64,000 bases of DNA from Adineta vaga (Eukaryota; Animalia; Rotifera): assembly GCA_021613535.1 (NCBI GenBank), contig CP075494.1:12834001-12898000 (forward strand), read 5' to 3'. The translations under genes were made by a program, and so were the position numbers. Positions 13,501-27,200 of this stretch are shown in pieces. Under the pieces are notes generated by a model. The model was not told the DNA's origin. It saw nothing but the letters and a program-made list of their open reading frames with translations, and did no database searches. The stretch's first letter is position 1; every line of letters begins with the position of its first letter.

Positions 13501-16055
13501 TATTTCTTCTGTATTTTAGAGCAATAGAAGTATGTAATCCAGATGGCCTTCGTCATTTAGCAAGTACTTATCATGATTTATTAACTCACGAAAAATCGCT
13601 GGATTTCTTAATTGATCTTTTACAAAAGGATCAATTACATGATTCATTATCACTGAATACATTAGATAAAACAATCTCATTTTATGAAGTTAGTTTACAA
13701 TTTTTGTACATAATTATAATAACAAAACTTTATTGATTTATTTCTAGCATATTTACAAAAGTCATTTAAATCACGAGAAATTCTCCATGACAAATTACAT
13801 GCGAGATTTATCATCGGTTGTTTTGTTAAGTAGTGATGCTCTTCAAACAGATATTCAACGTGTTCAACTTTTACAAAAGGTAAATATCGAATCGAAATCA
13901 ATAGAAAGTTAAAGTAGAAATTTTCTATATATTAATCAAATAGGAGTATGAAACGGTAAAATAATTCATAAAAAATATATATTTTGTATCAGTTAGGTGA
14001 ATTTATTTCCATTGACTATTATATTCTTTGTTTGCTTATTGAATTAATAAAAAGGAAAATATACACGGTTTTGTTTTTTGAAAATTTAGCCTGGTAGTGA
14101 TCAAAGTCCATTTGCTGTTCTTGTTAAACGTCTTGTTGAAAGTAATGAACAAATGCGTGCTCAAGCTGGCAAAGTAATAAAATCTCTATAAACGATTTAT
14201 TCTATTCTTACATCTCTGATTCTCTTCTAGATCAATCGTCTTGTACCACAAGAAGATAATATGAATCGTTCCATAACTTTTGATTCCAATACAATATCTT
14301 CAGTTGAATCTTCTGTTCGTAATCTCGATCGATTAGCAAAAACATTTCATGAAATCTGTTCTGGTTTAACCACTCAAATTCTTATGCTTTCTGGTAAATT
14401 GATTCATTCAAGTTATTATTTAAAAGAAGGCAATATTCATTCAATTTAGATGCAAACGAACGAATTAGTACACAAGATATTGAAAATATAGCCTATCAAG
14501 CATGTGATAAAGTCTATAAAAAAGAAGATAGTGGTCCATATGAAAGTCTTCGGTAATTAATTCTTTCAAGATTTCAATATTTTTTTCTCATTTATTTTTT
14601 TTTGTCTTCAGAGATTCGATGAATGAAACAGTTTCAACATTATCTACCATTAGTAATTCATTAGAAGCAGGTGCATTTGATTCGACATCTAATGAAGTAC
14701 ATTCTAAACAAGCTATTTATGTACTTGCTGAACAATTGAAAACCTCAATGAATGAATCCGATTCGATTCGTGGTCGACTTGAATTAAAAGATGAAGAATT
14801 ATTAGATCTAAAGAAAATGATTAAAATCAAACATGATGAATTAAGTGAATTAAATATTCGTTTATCATTAAATGAGAAAAAGATTGAAAATTTACAAAAA
14901 GAATTAGAAGAAAAAGACAATAAATATAAACAAACATTAGAAGAATCAAGAATTGATGGACAAAAGAAAATCAAGTAAATATTAAACGAAAAAATTTCGA
15001 GTAGCAGAGAAGCAATTCGTTTCTTTTAGACAATGTGAAGAAGCAATGGCTGTTTTACAAAATGATAATGAACAACTTGAACAAGAAAAAAGTGCTTTGA
15101 AAGAACGATTAAAACAATTAACAAAAAATAAATTAGTCGATGATTTAATGCAGAAGACAATTGGTGGAACACAAAAATCAGGTGGAATGCTCAGTAAGGA
15201 AACTAAAGTTCTTTTTTCTCTATTGATTCAAAATTTTCATCTAGGTCCATCTCCTGATGATCGTGTTTCTTCACAACGTCAATTAGGATCAGCATCATCG
15301 ATTAGTGATGGAAATATTGTATCAACAGCAAGTGATCAAGAAGTATTATCTTTTGAATTGAATACAAATCGATTGGAATCTGTTTCTTTGCTTTTCAGGT
15401 TACGGCACTTCGAAATACAATTCATCTTTTAAAAGATGAATTATGGCAATTGAAAATGACGCGCACTTCAACTGATTTAGCGAAATTAGAAACACCAACA
15501 CCATCAACAAAAATAAATGAAATGGCAGATATTTATAAGAATTCAACATTACTTTTAAATGTAAGTTAAACAAAAAAAACTTTCAAATCATAACAAATTA
15601 TGATGTTCATCTTTAGGATTTATTTTCCTCGATTGCTAGTTATAAAATAACTGGAGATAATGTTGCAGCAAAACAAGATATTATACGTTCAAAAATGAAA
15701 TTAGCTGACCAAACTGCCTACAATGTTAGACTGAATTTTTTTCCATTTGATTTTAATGTCTTTCAAATTCTATTTTTTTAGTTAAATACTCGTTTGAATC
15801 AATGTCAAAGTTCTGTTCTTCCAGGTTCGACAATTCAAACAACGATGAAAACCTTTCCCAATCCTCAATTTTCCAAAGTATTCATAAACGATCTCGTTAG
15901 GTCTTTCCTAAATCATTCTTTTCCTTTAGTCTCTTGCACAAGATCGACAATTAGCTGCTGAAATTCAACTTCCAGGTGTTGCGAATGGTGGTGAATTTGA
16001 AATTACACAAGAGCAATATCGTACAATAATGCGTGAAGCAATTGGTTGCATTTAA
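10579..16055 (+). CDS. DCTN1: Dynactin subunit 1 (p150Glued); about 27 short introns
   Basis: N-terminal CAP-Gly ([26 protein letters not shown]…YFTC…YGLYVR), long coiled coil, dynactin domain ([38 protein letters not shown]). TAA at 16053-16055. Confidence 0.93.
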
Positions 16056-16171
16056 TTCATTTTATTTGTTTCATACGGATGATGCTATACATTTATTCTA
16101 TTTGGGTCTTTGTATTTTCTCGGCAAGGTGTATTTATATAAACATAAAATAAAAAAATTTCTTATTTGGTT

Positions 16172-17066
16172 TTATTTCGATTTTTTCTTCTTTTTTTTCT
16201 TTCCTTTCTTCTTTGTTTTAGTTTTTGGTTGAGTAAATTTGAGAAAAAATTCTAAAAGATAAGAGAAAAAATAAAATTAAAAAAAAACAACAACATCGTT
16301 TTCTTCAGATACCTGTATAATTAAATAAACCTTGATCATCGATCTTTAAATTATCTTTAAATGCTTTCGCTTCAGCTTCTGTCAATGGTTCACCAATATT
16401 AACCAATTGTTTGATCATTTCATCTGCTTCAAGAACACCACGTTTTTCAGTATCAAAGACTTGAAATGCAGGAATGATATCTCGATCAGTCACAGATGAT
16501 GGGATACTTAAAAAAGCAGTGACATATTCCGGAAATTTCAATTGATCTTTATCTGAAAATCAATGAATGAAATTTGTTTGAAAAATAAAATCTACTTACC
16601 ATTTGGATCAATTGCTTTCATTATTCGTTGAATATCACTTTCGAGAGGATTAAAACCAAGAGTACGAAATATTTTACCAAGTAAACTAACTTTTATAATA
16701 CCAGCATTTTGTGTATCATAACTATCATACACTTCTTTCATAGCTAAATATAGAACAAACATTAATTTATTACGTTACGGAGAAAGTTACAATGAAACGA
16801 ATAGCTGAAAATATTCTACTGACATTTACCATTTAAATCACTTGTTGTAAGAACGCCATTCTACAAAAATAGAAGGTATGATTGAAAATGCGCATACTTT
16901 TCATTTCTTCTCACGTATTGATTTGCAAGAGTTTTCATCATTTCCGCTTCGGCTTTTTTCTGTCGATCGGTTTTAGGTGGTTTCTTAGTTGCATGTTCCT
17001 TATCTTTTTTCGCAGGCTAAAATAGAAAAACAATATTTCTGCGATAAATTTTATTCAACGTACCAT
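16172..17066 (-). CDS. Calmodulin/myosin-light-chain-like EF-hand protein with Lys-rich N- and C-terminal extensions; 6 exons
   Basis: ATG-only first exon (17064-17066), a layout typical of calmodulin-family genes. Spliced product MPAKKDKE…KEVYDSYDTQNAG…RTLGFNPLESDI…AFQVFDTEKRG…GEPLTEAE…EFFLKFTQPKTKTKKKGKKKKKKKSK*. Confidence 0.85.
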
Positions 17067-17589
17067 AGTAAATTGTCCTTTAGTATGACAATAATGAAAT
17101 CAACATGTATATATATATATAACGAAGTAGTAGTTTTTTTGTGTCGTTGTTGATTTTTGATAAGAAAGAATAGGTTGTTATGTCAATTTGATGATAGTTT
17201 GAAAATGAAATTGTTGCTTTAACAACGAGAGAATAAATTTTTTCATCAGAAATGAAACCATAGAATTCTCTTCTTTTTCTTTTTATCCAAATATATAAAT
17301 TTCAAAGATTGATTAACATGTAATCATCATCGAACGTTTTTTTTTATTACTTTTAATCTTTGTTACATATGAAAATAGAACTAAATTTAGTTTTTTCCTT
17401 TTTCTCATTGTTTCTTCAAAGCTTATTGCATTTATACAAGTGAAAAATGAACTTTACAAATGTATCCATTGGCATTTCCGTACTTCTTTCTTTTCATTAG
17501 CAAAAAAAACACTAAGTAAATTTTCCAATTACAATTTAATCTTACGTTTAATATCCAAATATGATTTTAATAAACAAACTAAAAGTCAT

Positions 17590-18693
17590 TTAAAGTCTAA
17601 TGATAGGATATTCTGGAGATTGTTTTGGTCCAAGTGTATCATATGCATGTGCTGAATGTATGCCTGTTAAAACACTACTCGCTTTTGAAGATAATCTATG
17701 CAATGCCGCCATAATAGATGATGGTTGATGATGAGAATGAGAATGACTTGTTTCATTGACTGAATTATTATTTGAAAGATCTTCATCATTAGAATGGTCT
17801 ATTTCGTTCACAGGTAAACGATTTGTTGGTGTACTAAGATCCGATGTGAAATCAATATGTGATGGATTCGAACTATTTTCAGTACTGTAGTTACGTCGAG
17901 GAGTTTGTCGTCGATTAAGATTAATAGTTGGAGTACTAGTTGAGGTTATTTGTGCTTGAGAAGAAATATGATTATATTCTCTTCTTTGTATTGCATTACT
18001 AGGCCTTGGCGGTTGATTATCATATTCGATGATATACAAATTATTTGGTTCATTTCCAGGTCGATTTGCTGGATCATTTCCGGGATGTTTGCGAAATAAA
18101 ATCAAGTCTCTCCACCATCGCCAATCGTATGGATGACATTCACCATCTTTTGTTAATCTTTTACTAATTATACATTTCACAATAAGAATTATTGTAACTA
18201 AACCAATAAATCCCGCAAGAGTATAGACAATTATAATTAAAATACGATTTGCTTTATTATCAGCAGAGCACGTATCGAAAAGTAAGTAATCGTACGAATA
18301 GATACCATCCGTTTGTGAATTAATTTCATCATATATTGACGATTCCGTATAAAATATATTTATAACGGCTGTATTTGGTTGAGAATCAAAGAAAAGACAA
18401 TACTGTTCTCCACATAATTCTTGACATTGATTCGAGAAAAGCATGATCGATGAAGAATTGTACGAAACAATATCATAACATTTTGCTGTTTTCTTTACCA
18501 GATAATTCTGTACTGGATAATCAATTAAAACATCAAATTGTATAGGAACTAATTGAATACATTTGATGCTTGACATAGAATTGAATCCAAATGGAATATC
18601 GATACATTCCTGTACAGTAAACTTATTACATGATTTAACATATTGTATGAATGATAGAAACAGTAGAGAGATAGGAAGTAGACTTCGATACAT
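17590..18693 (-). CDS. Orphan single-pass type I membrane protein (signal peptide, Cys-rich ectodomain, TM, disordered tail)
   Basis: Uninterrupted 367-aa ORF with signal peptide, TM ILIIIVYTLAGFIGLVTIILIV and C-terminus …PIIRL. Confidence 0.75.
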   Translation of the reverse strand: MYRSLLPISLLFLSFIQYVKSCNKFTVQECIDIPFGFNSMSSIKCIQLVPIQFDVLIDYPVQNYLVKKTAKCYDIVSYNSSSIMLFSNQCQELCGEQYCLFFDSQPNTAVINIFYTESSIYDEINSQTDGIYSYDYLLFDTCSADNKANRILIIIVYTLAGFIGLVTIILIVKCIISKRLTKDGECHPYDWRWWRDLILFRKHPGNDPANRPGNEPNNLYIIEYDNQPPRPSNAIQRREYNHISSQAQITSTSTPTINLNRRQTPRRNYSTENSSNPSHIDFTSDLSTPTNRLPVNEIDHSNDEDLSNNNSVNETSHSHSHHQPSSIMAALHRLSSKASSVLTGIHSAHAYDTLGPKQSPEYPIIRL

Positions 18694-19051
18694 GTGGTAA
18701 TGACGGGTGTCGATTCAACTATCAATCTATCTTTACCTAGGAATATGACGCACGCATGAGTGATCTTCTTTTACTTATGTTATTTTTTGCTTTATGAAAA
18801 ATCATGAAAATACGTACAGGTAAAAGTTTACGATTATGATACTATCAAACCATGACATGGGACGACGTTCGATGATTATATTATCAAGTCGTTTCTTTAT
18901 TTTGCGTATTTTTCAATGAATTGATATGTATACATTTAGTTATTGATCATTGTCAATACTTAATTTATATTTAAAGAAAAATGTTTCTGTGTTATATAAC
19001 AAGAAAAATCATGTTCTAGTAGATAAGTAAGTTCGTAAAAATAAAACAAAT

Positions 19052-22000
19052 TTATTTTAGATTTGAATATTGCATAAGTTTTTTATAAACAGGTGGTTTA
19101 AAAGTAATTCGAAGAAATTTGAGAATACCAAGTGGTAAACATGAAATTAATGTAATTACAGCAACACCCCATATAAAATCCCATGATCGAAGAAAATCCG
19201 AATCAAAATATGATTTAAAAATAATTAAAGAAAGTATATAACATGTGAAGCTTAACGCTTCAGCAACAAACATTAATGGATGCCATGTATGAACCTATTA
19301 CAAAACAAACAAAATCATTCTCATCAACAGTGTTCTATTACAAATCAAAAGATTTTCATACCGTCAAAGCAACCATAATCAATTCCGTGAGAATCAATGC
19401 AGTAAATGTAATCGAAACAATATGAATAAAATCATCATCGAATTTAATTAAAGATCCATACATAATCGCAGCACCTTGATAGACTGAAATAAAAGCCCAA
19501 AGAAAAAATGTTTTGTAAGATATATGTCGCCCTTTTGATAATTCTCTATACAATTCAGGATAGAGTAAAGCAATTTCAGGACGAACATCTTGATCTAAAA
19601 CGAGAGCAAAAACAGGAAAATTTGTATAGAATGTTGCATAACCAACAAGTAAGATTCCTTGATATAATGCAATTGATGAAAAATAGAATACGGATGAAAA
19701 TATTGCTTGCATAATCGTGATTATCATACCACGATGCATTACAAATTGAGATAGAGATGCTGTACGTGTATAACTATTACGACCATGGACAAGTAATAAA
19801 CGGCTTAGATAGGAAAATTGATTAATCGAAAAATCAGCAGCTAGAGATGCTTGTTTACCTTAATAGAAAAATGTTAATAAGACTATCCAGAGTTCGTGTA
19901 TTTTACCTTCTTTTCCAACAATTCCTATACCAACATCAGCACTTTGAATCATACTAACATCATTACCTCCATCACCAATTGCAGCAACTTGTAACCGCGA
20001 ATTTCCGTAGATTTTCAATAAACTGGCAACATTTGCCTTCTGTGTTGGTGAACATCGACAAACAACAACAGCTGGACAATCAATGACGATTTCCATCAAT
20101 TCTTTTTCATAAAATGATAAACAGATTTGTAATGTATCACCCGTAATAATTAAACATGGATTTATTTTTCGTCTAAGCATATTTAATTCTTGTAAACAAG
20201 CTTCTCGTGTTCCGACTTGTTTAAAGATATAAATATCATAATCACGTCCGATTAATTTCGAACTTTTTGCAATACATATCGCTGTTTCAATTTTATCACC
20301 AGTTAACATCCAAACTTTAATACCAGCTGTACGTAAAACTTCTAAGGTTTGTCGAACATCTTCTTGTAATTTATCTTCAACACCCGTAATACATAATAAT
20401 TCCAAATCATTTTCTAAACTTTCAATTACTTCATGAACATAACGATTACGATCAATGGTTTGTAAACGTGCTTTATTTATTCGTTGTTCAAAATCTTTAT
20501 ATTGTTCATAGGTTAATAACTTTTTTCCCACAACTAATGTTCGTAAACCTTCTCGACTCATATTAGAACATTCTTCTAATAACCAATCATTGTATTGAAC
20601 AATATTTTGCATTACAACGTCAGCACCTTTTAAATAGAAAATAATCTCATTTGTTTGTTGATCTTGTACAATAATTCCCATTCGTTTAGTTTCCGAAGTA
20701 AATGGAAACATTTGTAAGATTTTATAATGAAGTAATTGATCAGGATGATTTAGTTTTAAGATTAATGATTGTAAATCACGATGAATAAGTGTTAAACCAA
20801 CTTTTTCAGTCCATTCAACAAGAGCAATTTCATCCGGACTTGAAGCTTGATAAGTAACACCTATGAGAAGAAAGAGAAGATTTGATTGAAAATTTGTTTA
20901 TATTGTAATTCAGATTTGAATATACTTTTTGTTGGTAATAATTCGATAAACTCATTTCCATCGGTTGTGTGTAATGATGTTGTACTTGTCAGTGGTGTAT
21001 CTGGAACGTAATGACTTGGTTCATGTTCATTTGTAGTTAAATCTGCTGATTCTTCTTCGGATACTGGAGTAACATTATGACAGATAGCTAAAGCTTTGAT
21101 AGCATCACAAATTTTAGTTGAATCGTTTTTTCGAATCACGCTATGTGACTGACTAGTTCGAGACACACTTTGTTGATTGTCAGATATAGATGTTCTTTTA
21201 AAATATTGAGTCAATGAATTGGATATTTCGGTACGATTTTCATTTGTATATGATGCTGTTCCCAAATGTAAACGTTTAAACATCATGATATTTTGTGTTA
21301 ATGTTCCTGTTTTATCACTAAGTAGATAGCCCACTCGTCCTAACTCTTCAGGAATAGTACTTGTGCGTACCACAGTACCCGGAATGTTTTTATCGTATTG
21401 AATAAATCCAGAAGAAACCAATTTACCTATATCACAATTCATGCGAAGACTAATAGGTATCATATGAGAAAAGAGAAGAAGAAATCGAACAAGATCTCGT
21501 ATCCAATCACCAACAAAACCTTTCAATGCAACCATAGTTATAGATAATGTTAAACCAGCGGCAATGAGTAGTTTTGCTAATTTATTTATTTCTGCATCAG
21601 CCAAACCAAATTTTGCACGTGGTTTACTTGTATTCATCACCATTCGTGTATCGGATCCAGTATATATAACGCAACATATCACTTCACCAGCAGCAAGAAC
21701 TGTTCCTGACCAGAGAGTATTATCTGCAGTTATTGGCTCATCTCCTTTCCATGATAGAACACCAGTGAATTCGTGAATACTTAATGATGGTGGTTCAGCA
21801 TGAATTTTTCCTAACGTATTTTTATCAGCTGTCATAACAGATATATCTGCAAGTGATTGCGTTAAGGTAGTTGCAACACGTAATTTCCAATCCGTTTCAC
21901 CATCGAGTTGATCAGTACGAATGAAACAAGTGCCTAAAATAGATTATCCATTCACATGCATCGACAATTCCCCTATACAATCTTAACTCTCAAAATTCCT

Positions 22001-22566
22001 ACAACTATCGACAAAAGTAAAATTTTTTGAAACTTGGCTGATGCCTTCTCTACTGTTTTCTACTAACCTGATTTGTCAGATGTTTGTAAAAGTACAACGT
22101 CCGCAGGTACATGTTGATTTTTTTGAATAATAATCATGTCGGATACTTGTATATCTGAGCTTGGAATTTGTTCTTTTTGTCCATTAGCTTTTAGTAATGT
22201 ATATTTCTGAGAATTGAGTTCTCGATCACGAAGTCTACGTTTCATGTCGTCATAACCTTCACGTATCATACTAATGCATAGAATAAATGCTATTGGAAAC
22301 CAATATGTATATAGAGGAGAAATGCGAACTGATGGAATGAATTGTGTGATTGCCATAATAAGACCGTAAAGATTGAGAAAAGAACGAAATTGTTGAAAGA
22401 AAACTAATGGAAAAAAAGTCATGATATTGTATTTTTGATTTCGAATGATATTTTGTGGATACCAAAGAGAATTCATATCACGTTGACCAATATAAATATT
22501 ACGTGGTTGTATTTTGTGAGTTTTCTCCGAAAATAATGAAGATATGAATAAACGTAATGAACTCAT
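19052..22566 (-). CDS. ATP9: P4-ATPase phospholipid flippase, ATP9/Neo1 (class II) type
   Basis: [22 protein letters not shown] phosphorylation motif, [22 protein letters not shown]-terminal PPVYKKL. Confidence 0.92.
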
Positions 22567-22799
22567 TTTGTTTTTATTCAACTTCGTTTATATCCAAAAA
22601 TAAAATATAAAAACAACGATTCACTATAAATGAACACTCATATATATATCTATGAGTGCCAAAATTTTGTTTGAAAAATATATAGAACAATAATGAATTA
22701 GAAAGAAAAGGTCACTATTAATGAAAATATTATTGAAGTAAAATCATCATGATCCAATCGTGTATTTTACCTGACATCGCTAATAGAAATTACGTTTTT

Positions 22800-22808
22800 G
22801 AGATGGCG
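22800..22808. promoter_or_regulatory. AGATGGCG motif (CTCF-core/YY1-like) between divergent ATP9 and neuropeptide genes
   Basis: The same 8-mer recurs at 34784 (reverse complement) and 52222, each time upstream of a gene. Confidence 0.4.
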
Positions 22809-23071
22809 ATATTTGTCACCTATAATTTTTCGTCAATACACTCGCTTCTATTTACACATTACGCGTCATTGAATGTATATATGTCCTTCATGTAAAACTG
22901 CGATCAAAATGTAAATTGAGAAGAAATGCATATATTTTTCTTCTTATTTCTGAATGAGTAGAGTTTAACTACATAGATTTCTGTTTTTTTCAGCTAACTA
23001 TTATCTATTGTTCGTTTGAGTTCGCTGAAGTATCCTACCGTTATATAAGAAGCGGTACATCATAGTAAGTA

Positions 23072-23230
23072 ATGACTAAACTTCATACGTTGATTTGTCT
23101 TTTGTATGCGTTATTGTTGTCTACGGAAGCATTTAAATCTTTTTTGATCTCGTCCCCTCAACAAATACTCAATAAAACAACAATATTCCGGTTCGGAAAA
23201 AAAAGACTTCGACCTTCGCATAACTGTTAA
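23072..23230 (+). CDS. RFamide neuropeptide precursor, sNPF/LFRFamide-like (52 aa, below the ORF-track cutoff)
   Basis: MTKLHTLICLLYALLLSTEA-FKSFLISSPQQILNK-TTIFRF-G-KKR-LRPSHNC*: signal peptide, RF-Gly amidation donor, basic cleavage site. TATATAA box at ~23042. Confidence 0.75.
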   Translation: MTKLHTLICLLYALLLSTEAFKSFLISSPQQILNKTTIFRFGKKRLRPSHNC

Positions 23231-24267
23231 GGTTTCTTCTCTACATTTTCAAACTTATATAGAATCGGAAACATGTCAAATGTTCAATGATGATACAAAA
23301 GAATCAACAGTTCGAAACAAATCGATTAACACTAAACAATAGAGAATGAATATTCTTCAAAGTTCTTCACTATATTTCTCTTTTTCGATATGTGTACATT
23401 GTTCATCAATAAAGTCGTATGAGAAAATTATTTTTTTTTTTGTTTTTTATTTTCTTATTCGAAAGTAATAATGATATAATTTCAGCAAAGAGAAAAGAAG
23501 AGAAAAAGAAGAGACAGATGACAAACGCAAAAGCAAAAACAACAAATACACACATATGTGAGCAGCAAGTGATATAGAAGGAAAAAAATAGTGTAGAAAA
23601 ACAAACATAATCACCATCGAACAGGACGCACAACAGTAACAACCATAAGAACGGTCATAAAAAAAAGACAAGAAAAGTCTATGACTTTTCTACTTTTTTT
23701 TGCTTGATTTTCCTTCTTTTTCAAATGATAGGTTAAAGCAGAAAAAAAAGTAATCAAAGATAACTATATATATGTATAAGTAAGGAGAAGAGACAAATGC
23801 AATAATCTACAGAAACAAAAATCTGAGCACAGCAAAATATTATGATGGTAAATAATGGAAGAAAACACACACGCACATCACACAAAAGAAAACAAACCCA
23901 AAGAAATAAAAGAGAGAGAGAGAACCCCAATGTTTGTAGTTTGAATTTAACTATGAAATCGAGAAGACATTTTTGGATAAAATTAAGCTCGTATGACGAG
24001 ACAGACAGTGATAGAATTGACTAGGTGTTTTGTTTTCGTTTGAAAAAATCTTCGATTATCTGCATTAGAAATGAGTAGAGTTTTGAAAACCACGAATCAT
24101 TAGATGATGAAGAAAAAGAAAGAAAGAAAACGAAATAAGATCATTATGATCAAGAGAATGAGAAAAAAACAACAATGAAAGAGAAGAAAAAAAAGAAAAA
24201 ACATACAACGAGAAGATCTTCATAAGATAGAAGTAAAATCGAGATAAAGGATGATGTCATTCTCTAT

Positions 24268-27200
24268 TTATTTTCGTTTCTTCGAGAAAAATCCACTGGA
24301 TTTTTTCTTATCTGTTGATGTGCGAGGTTCAACTGATGAACTTGAACGTTGGGGTAATGTTCGTGCTTTTGTTTCATGTTCCGAAGATGATTGAGACATT
24401 TCACCACCTAAGCAAAGAGAAATATTAATTGTTTTGCAAAAAAAAAAAACTAACCAGATCCTGGCGTTTGTCGTAATGAACTAGTTGTTGGTAGTGAAGT
24501 TAAAGCAATTGATGGGATTTGTGTTGTTGGTGATGTGGTTGAGCTACTTGTTGATGCTGCTGAAGATATTGAGCTATTAATTGTCATAATCCACTCATTC
24601 ATTTCGATATCATCTTTAGCATGAAATAAATATTCATTGCCATCTTGTAATTTAATACGAAATACATGATTCTTTTTACGATAATCAGTTGCTGGTGCGA
24701 CATTTGTTGATAGATCTAAGAGAAGATCATCGCCAACTTGACGACCTGATCGTAAATGTTTAGCATCTTTATAAAATGATAAACGATCAGTTGTTAATGC
24801 ACAATAATATTTTTCCCATGCGCGATGTGTAGCTTTTCGTCCATGTCCTTCCCATTCGTGTTTTCGTGATAGGAAACCTTCTTTGATGGTTGGTATACGT
24901 GTCGATGATTCTGATCGTCGTTGTTTACCATTTAGTGTATCAATTTCTTGACTAGGACGTTGTTTACCTGATAGACGATTACCATCCGTAACCGTTCTTT
25001 CTTCTGCAATCGTTGATTTGGTTTTATGATCTGATGCTCGTAATGCATCACGTTCTTCCCATGTTTTGAATTCTTCAGTATAGAATGCTAAACGACTTGG
25101 TCGAGGTTCAATAGGTGGTAATTGTCGTTTCTTTTCTAAAGTTGTTAAATTACGTAGAGCATTAAAACGATCTTCTTGTGCCATTAGAGATTTTTCAAAT
25201 TGTTCATGACGTTTGATAAGATTTTCTACTTGATCTAATGTTTCACCAAGTTCTTCATTAGTTAGATAAGATTCTTGAGCAATTAACCATGTTTCAGCAA
25301 TAGCTGCATCACGTGCAAATTGATAAACTTCAAGAATAAGTTGTAAATATTCCCAACGTTCATGCCATGTATCATCAACACGATCACGTAACATCGATAA
25401 TTGAACACATTTATCTTTGACTTCAGATGAACGTGCATGTCGACGATTAATTAAATCTTTGCCTAGATTAATACACATAATAAAATTTTCTTGTCGTGCA
25501 TCGATTTCTGCCTTTAAACTTTGATGATTATTCATTAATAAATCGACACCACTAACATCATGTGGTTTATCACTATTATTCATTTGTCGAATCATTCCAT
25601 CCATCCACATATGTAAATCTCTTGCTAAATTAAAGAATCGATGTAAATCTTCATAATCATTCAAGAGACGTTTTCGTTGATCAACAAATTGTTGTAATAA
25701 TTTCCATTGAGTGATAACATCGATTTCTTTCTGTTTGATTTCCGTTTCTTTCTCACCAGCATAACGTCCATTTAAACGTTTTGCTTCTTGTTGAATACGT
25801 TGAATATCTTGTGCTAATAAAACTAATTCAGTTTCAAATTGTTGATGTTTACGTAATAATTGTTGAACACTTTGTTGATCACGACCAATTTCATCTGGTA
25901 TGGTATTTTTACGTTCTTGCATAGCAGCTAAAATATCTTTACAATCATGTAAAAATTTATGTAATTCCCATGATGCTTTCAATGATTGTAAACGTGTTTC
26001 AATCATTTCTAATAAATCTTGATAGGATTCATTTAATGAATCTTTTAATTCAGCTATTTCAGCTGAATCAATATGACCATTAGCAATAAGAATATCAATC
26101 ATATCATTTGCATGTTGTAAACGTTCGTTACCAATTTGTTCGGTTTCTTGAGCAAATGCTGCAAAACGATCGAGTAACATAGAAACATGTTCAAAATCTT
26201 GTCCAAGTTCATGTGAACCAGCAATTAATTCTCGATCAGAAATCCATTGTTCTAAATCATCAATTTCACGATTGAGACGATAAAGTTTCAATGTTTCTTC
26301 TAAACGTTGTCGTCGTTCCACAGATAGATCTTTCAAACTAGCATATAATTTATCCAATTGACTTTGTCGTTTATTTATTAAATCTTGATGTTCATGAACA
26401 AAATCACGTGATAAACTTGATTGAATTAAATCTTGATTTAAATTTTTCGCTTTTGTATCTAATGCACCAAGAATATCGGTATAGTTTTCAATTGTTTGAT
26501 CCATTGTTTGTTGTTTACGAATAAATGTTTGTGTAGCTAATTCATCTTTACCACGTTCTTCACTCATCATATATAGTTCTTGTTCACCAAGCCAAGCTTC
26601 AGCTTCACTTAAATCATAATAATATTGATAAAGATTTTCTAATAATTCTAAATGTTCACGTCGTTGTTTAATTGTTTCTTTTAATTGTGTATAATTTTCG
26701 GAAAGTTGATCTAAACGTTGACGAAATTCATCTGAACGTGCGGGATAATCTTGACTGATTCGTGTACATTCATGATTTAAATGTTCAAGAAGACGTTGTT
26801 CATGATTTTCAATTTCTTTTAATAAAGATTCATTTTTACGTTTTAATAATTGAATATTCATTAATGTTTGTTGTTTATTATTAAATATTAAATCAGCATA
26901 GGATTGCAAAAGATGACGTTTTTCACTTAACCAAATTTGTTCATCTTCAATATCACGTAAATATTGATGAAGATGTTTTTGTTGTTCTAAACGTAATTTC
27001 TTTTGTTCTAATGGAAGAAGAAGTTTCGAAAATTTCTCTTCGACTTGTAAACGTTTGGTATCAATTTCTTCGGATTTTTCCGGTTCTAATTGTTTTAATT
27101 TTTCAGCTTGAACACGTAATTCATCGACTTGTTGTTGTCGTTTTAATAATTCTTCTTCAATAGTTGTTTGTTTAAGTAACAAAAGATTTGTAGCAGTTAA

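Noticed and set aside
23406-24024. Hydrophobic or basic ORFs
   Set aside because: They fall in the A/T-skewed spectrin 3' UTR; compositional artefacts.
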